From an uncultured Rivularia sp. (lineage in GTDB: Bacteria; Cyanobacteriota; Cyanobacteriia; Cyanobacteriales; Nostocaceae), in the NCBI GenBank assembly GCA_963665115.1, contig OY762007.1, positions 1,248,001-1,312,000 of the forward strand: a stretch of DNA of 64,000 nucleotides. Direction: 5' to 3'. Every line of letters starts with the position of its first letter. Position 1 is the stretch's first letter. This document shows, in pieces, positions 1 through 10,740 of this stretch. The notes beneath the pieces are model-generated. The model ran no database searches and was not told the DNA's origin. It was given only the letters and a program-made list of their open reading frames with translations. The translations under genes were made by a program, and so were the position numbers.

Positions 1-3000
1 TAGAAGTTGTTAATAGTAAATCTTTTATTCCCGTTATTGGTGCTTCTGGTAGTGGGAAATCTTCTGTGGTATTCGCGGGATTGGTTCCGCAATTGAGGAA
101 TGTTGGTAACGTACAGATTGTATCCTTTCGTCCGGGAAAGAATCCTTTTGATGCTTTGACTGTAGCATTAAGTCGAATTCAAAATGTTGAACTAAACAAT
201 AACCGATTGCAAGAATTGGAATTAGAAATCAACTTGGAACATGATGAGAAAGCATTATGCGAGTTGATTGAACACTTGAATGACCTAACCCCCCAGCCCC
301 CTTCCCTGCGAGGGAAGGGGGAGAAATTAAAGCCCCTCTCCTCACAGGAGAGAGGTTTGGAGAGAGGTTTCCCCCCAACGCTTCGTACTAATAGCCGACC
401 AATTTGAAGAACTTTACACCTTAACTGAAGATTCCCTGCGTCAATCTTTCCTTGATTTATTACTTTATACAGTACAGAATACTCCCCTCTTTAGTTTGGT
501 ATTGACGCTCAGGGCTGATTTTATGGGGAAAGTGCTGGATTATCAACCGATGGGTGAAGCTTTTCAAAAGTATCCCCCGGTGTTGCTGACTCCCATGAAA
601 CCCGAAGAATTACAAGCAGCGATCGCACAACCAGCAGCGAAATTGAAGGTGGAGTTAGAGCAGGGGTTGACAAGTAAGTTAATTGATGATTTAGGCAATC
701 AACCCGGACGTTTACCTTTATTAGAGTTTACCTTGTCGCTGCTGTGGGAGAAACACGATAAATGGTATCTTACACACAAGGCTTATGCAGAAATTGGTGG
801 TTTAGAAAAGGCTTTAGCGAAATATGCGGATGGTGTTTTGAATCCGTTATCCGCTGTTGATAAAGAAAAAGCCGAACGCATATTTATTCAGCTAATTCGT
901 CCGGGGGAAGGTACGGAAGATACTAAGCGTAAAGCTACCTGTGGAGAAGTTGGGGAAGATAATTGGGATTTGGTGGAGTTTTTAGCGAATAAGCGTTTGG
1001 TGGTGACTGGTTGGGATGAAAGCAGTCAACAGCAAACGGTAGAGATTGTTCACGAAGCTTTGATTCGGGAATGGGGAATGTTGCGGGAGTGGATACACAG
1101 CAATCGTAGGTTCCGGATTTGGCAGGAGCGATTACAATTTGAATTAGTGAAATGGGAAGACAAGAAGCGCGATCGCGATTATTTATTAAACGGTGGTGGT
1201 TTAGGTGAAGCGGAAGCTTGGTTAAATGATCGTAAATATCGGAAGTATTTGAGTGATTCGCAACGGGAGTTTATTCGGGAGAGTTTGGAGAAGCAGGATA
1301 AGGAAGAAAAGGAAAAAGTAAGGTTACAAAGACGTGCGATTAAATGGCTTTCTGGTGGTTTGGTTGCAGCTTCCTTGGCTACTGGGTTTGCTGGTTGGAA
1401 TTGGGTGAAAGCAGAGGTAAGCGCGACAACAAGCAAAATTAATAGTTTCAAAGTGAATTCAGAATATCTTTTTGGTTCGCAGCAGTATGAAAGTGCATTA
1501 ATAGAAGGTATAAAAGGGAATGAATTATTAGAAAATACCTGGTTGCAAAGATGGATACCAAATGATTCAAAAAGGGAAGTTAAATTAGCTCTGTATAATG
1601 CTATTCATAATTCTATATTAGAAAAAAGCACTATTACTACTGGAAAGAAACCCGTTATAAGCTTGGAATATAGTCCGAATGGTAATATTATTGCTTTCAC
1701 GTCAGAGAATACAATCAAATTATGGTCTGCTGAAAATGGTCAATTACTTCATACTTTATCTGGACATAAAGATAGGGTTTTAACTGTAAAATTTAGCCCA
1801 GATGGAAAAACTATTGCTACCGCATCATTTGATGGAACAGCTAAATTATGGTCTGCTGAAAATGGTCAATTACTTCATACTTTATCTGGACATAAAGATA
1901 AGGTTTTAAATGTAAAATTTAGCCCAGATGGAAAAACTATTGCTACCGCATCAGAGGATAATACAGTCAAAGTGTGGTCATTTGATGGTAAGTTAGTAGA
2001 TACTTTATCTGAACATAAAGATGGAGTTTTAAATGTAGAATTTAGCCCAGATGGTACAACTATTGCTACCGCATCATTTGATGGAACAGCTAAATTATGG
2101 TCTGCTGAAAATGGTCAATTACTTCATACTTTATCTGGACATAAAGATAAGGTTTTAAATATAGAATTTAGCCCAGATGGTACAACTATTGCTACCGCAT
2201 CAGAGGATAATACAGTCAAAGTGTGGTCAATTAATCGTAGATTACTCTACACTCTATCAGGGAATAACGTGAAGTTTAGCCCGGATAGTAAAATTATTGC
2301 TACTGCTTCAAGAGATGATGGAACAGCCAAATTATGGTCAATTAATGATGGTAAATTACTCCACACTTTATCTGGACGTAGCGTAGAATTTAATCCGGTT
2401 GGTAAAACTATTGCTACCAGATCATTTGATAATACAGTGAAATTGTGGTCATTTGATGGCAAGTTACTGCATACTTGGTCTGGATATAACGTCAAATTTA
2501 GCCCAAATGGTAAAACTATTGCTACTGCTTCACTAGATGATGGAACAGCCAAATTATGGTCAATTAATGATGGTAAATTACTCCACACTTTATCAGGAGA
2601 TAGGGTTAAATTCAGCCCAAATGGTAAAACTATTGCTACCGTATCATTTGATAATACAGTATTGTGGCTAAGAAAATTATCGTCAATAAAATTATGGTCA
2701 ATCGATGGTAGATTACTCCACACTTTACCAGGAAATAGCGTAGAATTTAGCCCCGATAGTAAAACTATTGCCACAATTTCAAGGGATAATAGAATTAATA
2801 AAACTACAGTGAAATTGTGGTCAATCGATGGTAAATTACTCCACACTTTACCAGGAAATAACCATACTTTACCAGGAAATAATGTTACATTTAGCCCCGA
2901 TAGTAAAACTATTGCCACAATTTCAAGCGATTATGGAATCAATAACCATACAGTGAAATTATGGTCAATCAATGGTAGATTACTTCACACCTTATCAGGA

Positions 3001-4803
3001 AATAATGTTAATTTTAGCCCTGATAGTAAAACTATTGCTTCTTCAAAAGATGGAAAAGTAGAATTTTGGTCAATTGATGGTCAATTTCTCTACACTTTAT
3101 CAGGATATAATGTTAAATTTAGCCCGGATAGTAAAACTATTGCTACCACATCATCTAGTAAAATAAATTTGTGGTCAATTGATGGTAAATTTCTCCATAC
3201 TCTATTAGGGAATTCATCAAGAAATGATGTTAAATTTAGCCCGGATAGTAAAACTATTGCTACCATTTCAAGGAATAACGATATATTCAGTAATACAGTG
3301 AAATTATGGTCTATTAATGGTAGATTTCTCTACAAGTTATCCGCAAATAGCGTGGAATTTAGCCCAGACAGTAAAACTATTGCTACTTCATCATTTAGTA
3401 AAATAAAATTGTGGTCAATCGATGGTAGATTACTCAACACTTTATCAGGAAATGGCGGAGAATTTAGCCCTGATAGTAAAACTATTGCTACAATTTCAAG
3501 CGATAATAGAATTAATAAAACTACAGTTAAATTGTGGTCAATTGATGGTAAATTCCTCCAAGATTTATCAGGGAATACCGTAGAATTTAGCCCGGATGGT
3601 AAAACTATTGCTTCCGTTTCAGACAATCATATAGTAAAATTATGGAATTGGAATTTTGATAATTTACTAAGTCAAGGTTGTAAGAAACTTGAAGGTTACT
3701 TAATTAACCGTCCAGATAAACTTAAAGAACTTAAAGTTTGTCAAAACCCAGAAATATTAATCGCAGCTGCTTCTACTTTAGTAAGACAAGGTGAGGATTT
3801 AGCTAAAAATGGTGATTCTGCAAGAGTTGTGGCGATGTTTCGTCAAGCTCAAGAATGGAATCCTAAATTAAATATTAACCCAGAGATAAAAGCAAAGGCA
3901 CGATATTTGGTTACTTTAGGTAGAGATTTGGCGAGAAATGGCGATTTTGAAGATGCAATAGAAAAGTTGGAAAAAGCAAAGCAGCTTGATGTTAATATTG
4001 ACCTTGATCCACAAACTGAAGAATTAGATAATAACCCCTCGTCAGTAGCAGGAGAGCTTACAGCCCGATATTTAGTTAGTCAAAGTAGATTTGCGAGAAA
4101 TGGCAATTTTGAAGATATGCTAAAAAAGTTAGAAAAAGCAAAGCAGCTTGATGCAAATATTGACCTTAATCCATTCACTAAAAAATTAGATAACAACCCT
4201 TCTTCAGTAGTAAGAGAGCTTAGAGCAGCATTTATGGTTCGCGAAGGATTAGATTTAATACAAAAAGGTGATTTTAAAGCTGCTATCGCAAAGTTAGAAA
4301 AAGCACAACAGCTTGATGCAAATATCGACTTTAATCCACAAACTAGAGAATTAGATAATAGTCCCCCTGAAGCATTAGTAAAAGAGTTTAAAGCAGCATC
4401 TATTGTTCGCGAAGGAGGAGCATTAATACAAAAGGATAATTTAAAAGGTGCTATAGAAAAGTTTAAAGAAGCACAACAATTTTATCCAGATATTGACCTC
4501 AATCCATTAACTAAAAAATTAGATAACAATCCGAAACTAGCAGCTAGAGAACTTACAGCAATATTTCTTGTCCGCAAAGGAGAACAATTAGTTAGAAAAG
4601 GTGATTTAGAAGGTGCTGTAGAAAAATTTAAAAAAGCACAGCAATTCGATGTAAATATTGATCTAAATCCACGAACTAAAGAATTGGATACTAATCCTGA
4701 TACAACAGTTCTAGAATTTTTTAAAAATGGACAAAGATTAACGCCACCAATCTCAAACGACTCGTTAATTCCACCACCGCCACCATTGCTACCATCTTTT
4801 TAA
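1..4803 (+). CDS. nSTAND1-type NTPase + TM + multi-WD40 + C-terminal TPR-like repeat protein (5' end outside window; apparent +1 frameshift at C6 run 371-376)
   Basis: Frame from nt 3 reads [10 protein letters not shown] (Walker A). After the C-run the shifted frame reads [13 protein letters not shown] (Walker B) and joins ORF 496..4803, which has [13 protein letters not shown], about 14 FSPD..IATAS..VKLWS repeats and about 5 GDxxxAIxKxxxAxQxDxNIDLNP repeats. Confidence 0.85.
283..370. repeat. Palindromic cyanobacterial REP/MITE-like element inside the STAND coding sequence
   Basis: Hairpins CCCCCTTCCC..GGGAAGGGGG and CCTCTCCT..AGGAGAGAGG. A related copy lies in opposite orientation at ~35785-35856. 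Confidence 0.7.
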
Positions 4804-5201
4804 TAAGGGTTTGAACGCCAAAACCATAAAAAAGCTAAAGATGTTAGTAAAAAAGGTTTATTTTGCTTATACAGCATATGTTACAAGTTTTAGGCGATGA
4901 CTTTTAGCATAGTAAGTACTGAAGAGCCACTAATTTAGTTAATAGCGCTGTAATGCTTCTATATGGTGTTTAAAGCGTTTTCTCTATCGTGAAAGGATTT
5001 TAATTGATAAGCAACTATGATTTATCTCCAATAAGTCATTACCCACACCACAAGTTCATAAAATTGTATAGGTAAATTTATCCAAAACTATTAACTATCA
5101 GAAGCATTACAACTGGTGCTTTATTGATGGAATGAAGACTTAATTATTATGACTTTGTTCCCGTAGTTAAAGTAAAAAATATACTAAATTACTAGCAGTT
5201 T

Positions 5202-6341
5202 ATGAGTTCTTTTAAACAAGAAGATGAATATCAACTAGGAGGAAGTCTACCCGAAGAAGCTCCTAGTTACGTAGTAAGAAAAGCCGATTTTGACTTTTAT
5301 CAAGGTTTAAAAGAGCGAATGCTTTGCTACGTATTGAATTCCCGACAAATGGGAAAATCTAGTTTACAGGTGCGAACAATGTCAAAGCTTGAAAGAGAAG
5401 GTTTTGCTTGCGTTGCATTTGATATGACGGAGCTTTGCGTTAATCAAGTCACTGAAGATGAATTCTATAGTGGATTTGTTAGTCATTTAGCGAGCGAATT
5501 AAATTTAGATATTGATTTACAAAACTGGTGGTACGAACACAGCTTTATTCAACCATCTTTACGGTTAAGTAAATTTGTTGAAGAAGTGCTATTACAACTT
5601 CCACAAGATATTGTCATATTTATAGATGAAATTGATATCCTTCTAAATTTCAACTTTAAAAATGATTTTATGGCTTTTATTCGCTCTTGCTATCACAAAA
5701 GGATTGAAAAACGCTCCCTAAATCGTCTTACTTTCGCTCTATTGGGAACTGCAACTCTAGAAGAGTTATTTCAAGATAAAAATTATATAAATGATACATA
5801 TTTTCAGATCCAACATCGAGCGATAGAATTAACGGGTTTTCAGCTTCATGAAGTAGAGCCATTACAAAAATCATTAACTACAGTAGCCGATAATCCATCA
5901 CTGGTAATGCAAGAAATCCTTTTATGGACGGGAGGACAGGCGTTTTTAACTCAATGGGTTTGTCAGCTAATTTCTACTTCCGGGTTGCGGATATTTGAAG
6001 GGGAAGAAGCGAAAAGTGTTTCTTGGATTGTGCGATCGCGCATTATCGAAAATTGGTTATTACAGGATAATCAACAACATTTTTATACTATTAAAGACCG
6101 CATTATCAACAATAAAATACCTGCTTATAAATTATTGCAGCTGTATCAAAAAATTTTGCACTATGGAAATATTTCTGCTGATGATAGTCCTGAAGTTTTG
6201 CAATTATACTTGTCGGGTTTGGTGAAAGAGCATGATGGTAAGTTAGAAATTTATAACCGCATTTATAAATCGGTTTTTGATGATACTTGGGTAGCGAAAG
6301 AGCTACAGGTTTTATATCAGAGTGTAGAAAGTTTTTTTTGA
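5202..6341 (+). CDS. AAA-like domain protein (AAA_35 family) with no C-terminal sensor domain
   Basis: YQLGGSL..APSYVVRKAD, NSRQMGKSSL, IFIDEID, WTGGQAFLTQ and YNRIYKSVF motifs. Confidence 0.85.
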   Translation: MSSFKQEDEYQLGGSLPEEAPSYVVRKADFDFYQGLKERMLCYVLNSRQMGKSSLQVRTMSKLEREGFACVAFDMTELCVNQVTEDEFYSGFVSHLASELNLDIDLQNWWYEHSFIQPSLRLSKFVEEVLLQLPQDIVIFIDEIDILLNFNFKNDFMAFIRSCYHKRIEKRSLNRLTFALLGTATLEELFQDKNYINDTYFQIQHRAIELTGFQLHEVEPLQKSLTTVADNPSLVMQEILLWTGGQAFLTQWVCQLISTSGLRIFEGEEAKSVSWIVRSRIIENWLLQDNQQHFYTIKDRIINNKIPAYKLLQLYQKILHYGNISADDSPEVLQLYLSGLVKEHDGKLEIYNRIYKSVFDDTWVAKELQVLYQSVESFF

Positions 6342-6476
6342 GAGAAATTTGATATTAACCGATTAAAGCTTCATCTACTCACAACATCCGAAATTATCAA
6401 AATTAAAAATAATAAAAATTAGTTTGTAGTAAGCGCTTACTACAAACTAATCAATTTTACGTTGGCTTATCTAATC

Positions 6477-7233
6477 TTAGTTATTCCAAGGAATCGCATT
6501 CGGTTGGTCGTTAATATTGACCCCAATAGCGAGGGGGGTTTAAATTACCTTCGACTTCTGCCCAAAAACTCCATCCTGCGTTTCTACCGTTGCCATCATG
6601 GAATTCTGCCATACGAAAGCCTCTTTTACCATAAGTTCTGAGTCCTACTCGGTTACACATTCTATCTGCAACTGCTTGAGACGTTAATTTCCTACCTTGA
6701 ACATTTGGAATTGTAAACACCGTACCACCAGACCAAGAATTTTTAGTTGCACCACCAGGTGTTATTTGAGATGGTGGTAGACCTGCTGGTGCTGGAGCGC
6801 CAGTCTTTCTGATACATAATAAAGAGCGATATGCATTTATACTAGTATCGCCAGTGTAAGGGTTGGTACTACCAGGCTTTCCATAATCTGCACCAAATAA
6901 AACGTAGGTTTTGGAGCCGAGAGTTAAAGGGCTTCCTTTGATTGTCCAAGTCATAGCCTTACCGTTGCCTGAAATAGGACGTGGAGGAATAGGAATAGGG
7001 CGTGGAGGAATGCCAGGGTAGGTCGGTCTTATTCTACGGCTATCAGTATTTTGAGCAAGTATAACTTTATTTGACATCAGTGCATCTGTCTTATTCAACC
7101 TAGATAAACTTTGAGAAGTTTGTGCTTTGCTTGGAGTCGCAGCAATAGTTGAATTAGCACCAATAAATGGTGTTAAAACGGTACCAAATGCAAATAATGC
7201 GATTAATTTTGATTTGATTGAAGATGCAAACAT
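6477..7233 (-). CDS. Secreted protein of unknown function (apparent +1 frameshift at 6521-6524 near C-terminus)
   Basis: Signal peptide, Pro-rich linker, then NPYTGDT..LLCIR..FRMAEFHDG..GWSFW. Removing one base from the G4 run gives RYWVNINDQPNAIPWNN*. Confidence 0.7.
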
Positions 7234-7362
7234 ATTAATTGTCCTTGTTGTTAGGGTGTGAAATTGTACATAAATATCCAGCTAGATAAAAGTTAGGTCA
7301 TGTTATTTAACTCTTATCTAGCGTTAAGATGAAGGCTAGTTTTGACTCTTATTGAATTGTTT

Positions 7363-7950
7363 TTAAAAGAAAATTGTAAGAGTTTTAATTACACCTTGTC
7401 CTTGTGGAGAACTTATCCAATCCAAGACTCTGCCTCTGGGAGTATGTTCTTGAACTATCGCATAGCCGCCGATTCTACTAAGAATCTCTGGTGGAACTTT
7501 TGCTTGCCAGTTTACAGTACGATTACTTTTTCCAATCCATTTACCATCTACACCATATCGCTGTTGCTGGGTACTCCAGATAGCATTTCCAGATTTATCA
7601 GTAAATGCGATTAAAACTCCACCAGTAAAACCACTTGTTTTCCGACTAGTCCAGGTTTTAGTTCTAGCATTTAGGTTTCCATTTGAGTCTAAGTCGAATA
7701 AGGTTTCCATATATCCTCTTCTGACTACTTTATTTTTTCGCGTTCCTTGTATGGGGAAAGTTACGTTTTGTGCTTGTGCTATAGTTATGCTTTTTTCCGG
7801 AGTTGATGAAAGAATTGAAGCATGATTTACTTCAGACTTCGACAGAGCGTTAGCGGGCATAATAGTTGCTGCAAATGGCATAGCCGAACTTAACAAAACA
7901 GTAGCGATAGCTAAATTATTGGCGATTGTCTTTTTAAGATTAGTTGTCAT
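7363..7950 (-). CDS. Secreted hypothetical protein
   Basis: 195-aa ORF with signal peptide ending ..PANA and a basic beta-rich domain (GFTGGV..RYGVDG). Confidence 0.7.
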   Translation of the reverse strand: MTTNLKKTIANNLAIATVLLSSAMPFAATIMPANALSKSEVNHASILSSTPEKSITIAQAQNVTFPIQGTRKNKVVRRGYMETLFDLDSNGNLNARTKTWTSRKTSGFTGGVLIAFTDKSGNAIWSTQQQRYGVDGKWIGKSNRTVNWQAKVPPEILSRIGGYAIVQEHTPRGRVLDWISSPQGQGVIKTLTIFF

Positions 7951-8059
7951 TTTATTTTCTTGTTTGTTTGACTTTAATTTGTGTTTTGATGAAAGCGTTT
8001 CGTTTGATTCGCTTTCCTCTTCATGTACCTATACTCACAGATTATTTATTAATAGTCAG

Positions 8060-8168
8060 CCGGAAAAAAACAGGTTATTGATTTGTATTTCAAAAAACAA
8101 TTTATGATGATAAAACCGGAAAAAATCGGCAACAAATAAAGTTCCGGAAAAAATCCGGTTTTTTCCAG
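8060..8168. promoter_or_regulatory. Repeated CCGG-A6/7-(T/C)xGG motif in divergent promoter region
   Basis: Copies at 8060, 8116 and 8144, plus an inverted copy at 8155-8168. Confidence 0.45.
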
Positions 8169-8271
8169 TTATTTATCCAGATGTCTATGGTGGGTGCGAT
8201 AATAATGTTAATAATTTATTGTAAGAACAGGGAACATTCGTTCTTATATTTGTTGGGAGTTGCTAAGATCC

Positions 8272-9616
8272 ATGAAATCCGAATCAGAATTAACCTGGAA
8301 GCAAACACAAAATCTAGTAGATGATTTAGTTTTCCAAGTCACCAAAAAACACCTTGGTGCTTCAGAAGTACAGGTACTGCATGGAGCCTGGTATGGGAAA
8401 ACTTATGAAACTATTGCATCCGAATCTTTTCTCGCGGTTAAGTATATTGGTGAAGTTGGTGGCAGATTATGGAGTAACCTTTCTGAAGCATTAGGAGAAG
8501 AAGTTAAAAAAACTAATTTTCGTCAAGCACTACAGCGACAATGGGAAAAACAAGCGGAGCATAACGGGAATACACCCAAAATCTCAGAAATACAACCATT
8601 AATAAACGAATTTACTGAAGAAACCATTAATTGAACGTCCGAACATTGAATCTTACTGTTATGAGCAAATATCCAAACCGGGTGTATTGCTGCGAATTCA
8701 TGCACCATTGCAGTTTGGAAAAACAGAACTAATGTCACGAGTAGTGAAACATAGCGTAAAACTTCAATACCGCACGGTAGTTTTAAATCTGCGAGATGCA
8801 GTAACTGAAGATTTTCAGAGTTTGGATAACTTTTTGCAGTGGTTGATTATTAGTATTAGCGAAATCTTAGAGATAGAGCAATCTGTGGAAGAACATTGGG
8901 CTAAAAGCTTGGGTAACTGTAAGATAAAAAGCCGAACTTACTTTGAAAAGTATATTTTACCTGGTGATAGTCCTATTACTATTACTTTAGATGAAGTAGA
9001 TAAATTATTTCCACATGAAGAAATAGCAGGAGATTTTTTAGGAACGCTACGAACTTGGCATGAATACGCAAAAACTAAACCTCTTTGGCAGCAATTACGA
9101 TTATTAATATTACATAGACAAGTTTATAATCAAATAAATATTAATCAATCACCCTTTAATACCGGAACCGAAATTAAATTAATAGATTTTACTAGCGAAC
9201 AAGTGGAATCTTTAGCAAAGAAATATAAATTAAACTGGGGAAACACTCAAGTTGAACAGCTAATGGCAATGGTGGGAGGACATCCATATTTAATAAAAAA
9301 AGCCATAGAGGTAATATCGCGCCAGGATATAACTTTAGAAAACTTATTGAAGTCTGCACCTACAGCTTCTGGGTTTTATCGGACTCATTTAGAAAGACAT
9401 TTACGTTACTTACAATCAAATACTGCACTCTTAGATATTTTTAAAGAAATTGTATTGTCAGATAGTCCCATTCAAATCAATACAGATATCTCATTAGATG
9501 ATGCAGTCAAATTATATGATTGTGGATTAGTAGAGCTTTCAAATAATAGTGTAGCGCCACGCTATCAAATTTATAGTTTATATTTTCAAGAAAGGTTAGC
9601 GAGTTGCCATTCTTGA
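8272..9616 (+). CDS. N-terminal HTH (vWA-MoxR-associated type) + AAA_35 protein; apparent +1 frameshift at ~8625-8632
   Basis: ORF 8260..8634 has VLHGAWYGKTYETIA..LWSNLSEALGEEVKKTNF. The shifted frame reads IERPNIESYCYEQISKPGVLLRIHAPLQFGKT..LDEVD..GGHPYL. Confidence 0.8.
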
Positions 9617-10064
9617 ATTAACGGAGCTTGCGATCGCCATTTTATAGAACTTCTGCTGGTATTTTTATCAAAAAAATGAAGAATTAAATCTTGTAAAATA
9701 GCGTATTGTTGGGTACAGCCACAACCGAATTCATGCGGTGCGAGACATTGCCATAACCCCTGTTATACTCCGCTCACGCAAGAAAGCGCCGAAGGAATTT
9801 CTTAATTTTTGCAAGTTTTTTTAGGTGGGCAAACCTCTACCGTAATTGCATACCTCATTAAATAGATATAGCAGCTGAGTTTCTAGAAGTTTAATAACGG
9901 GACTTAGTATCGGTTACGACCAAAACCTTCATAGTTCGCCTCGGTGAATCAATTGCAATTTTACTTTCTTCATGGGTTATTCACAATGTTTACCTACCCT
10001 ACAAGAGAAAGCTGGCTTGCAAAACATAGCCAGCCCAAACTTGTTAGTAAGGTAAATGTAAATT

Positions 10065-10451
10065 GTGAACCACCGACGTATTTTACTTATTATTGAGAAT
10101 GAAGATGCTCTACAGGAAGTGACTCAGCTTTGCTTAGAGACAACAGCAGGTTGGGAAGTTGTAACAACAGGGTCGGTAAATGAAGCTATTGTCAAAGCTA
10201 CAACTAAACGGGTTGATGCAATTCTTCTCAATTTGAATGAAATTACATTTGATTTTGACTGGAATAGTATATTGCAATTGCACAATAACCCGACAACTCA
10301 GCAAATCCCGATAATTTTATTAACTTCTACAGAGCAGTATAAACAATTGCCTCAATTAAGTAAAGTTGGAGTAACCGCAGCGATTATCAAGCCTTTTGAT
10401 TTGTCAACTATTACTAGAGAAATCGCGGCTGTATTAGGCTGGGAATATTAA
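10065..10451 (+). CDS. Single-domain CheY-like response regulator (RcaF/RfpC-like), phosphoacceptor Asp replaced by Asn
   Basis: Receiver-fold motifs RILLI.E, CLETTAGWEV, IPIILLT, KPFD. DAILLN stands where DAILLD is expected. Lies directly upstream of chlF. Confidence 0.7.
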   Translation: MNHRRILLIIENEDALQEVTQLCLETTAGWEVVTTGSVNEAIVKATTKRVDAILLNLNEITFDFDWNSILQLHNNPTTQQIPIILLTSTEQYKQLPQLSKVGVTAAIIKPFDLSTITREIAAVLGWEY

Positions 10452-10740
10452 AATTGTAAGCTTTTGTAAATATAACCTTCCTCTTCATAAGTTCTTCAGA
10501 ACTTTTTTTTATTCTCCATTTAGAGCAACTAAGTTAATGAGTTACACAATTAGAGATTTTGAAGTTTATCCCATTGGTAACTCTGAAATAGATGCGAAAG
10601 CTGATTGATTTATATGGAGTCGATAATAAAATTTGATGATGTTGATAGGAGATATATTTTCTCAATTTTTTGATTACATTTGCAACAAATTTCAATACTC
10701 CCTGCGGAACTCTACCTTTGACTAAGGAGCCATTAATTAA

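Noticed and set aside
2247..2918. Long antisense ORFs (also 40451-41302, 30840-31337 and others)
   Set aside because: Shadows of repetitive or strongly conserved sense-strand genes, with no independent motifs.
9620..10060. Possible ncRNA or rfpA/rfpB remnant upstream of the regulator
   Set aside because: Manual translation and inspection gave no recognisable motif or structure; BLASTx/Infernal would be needed.
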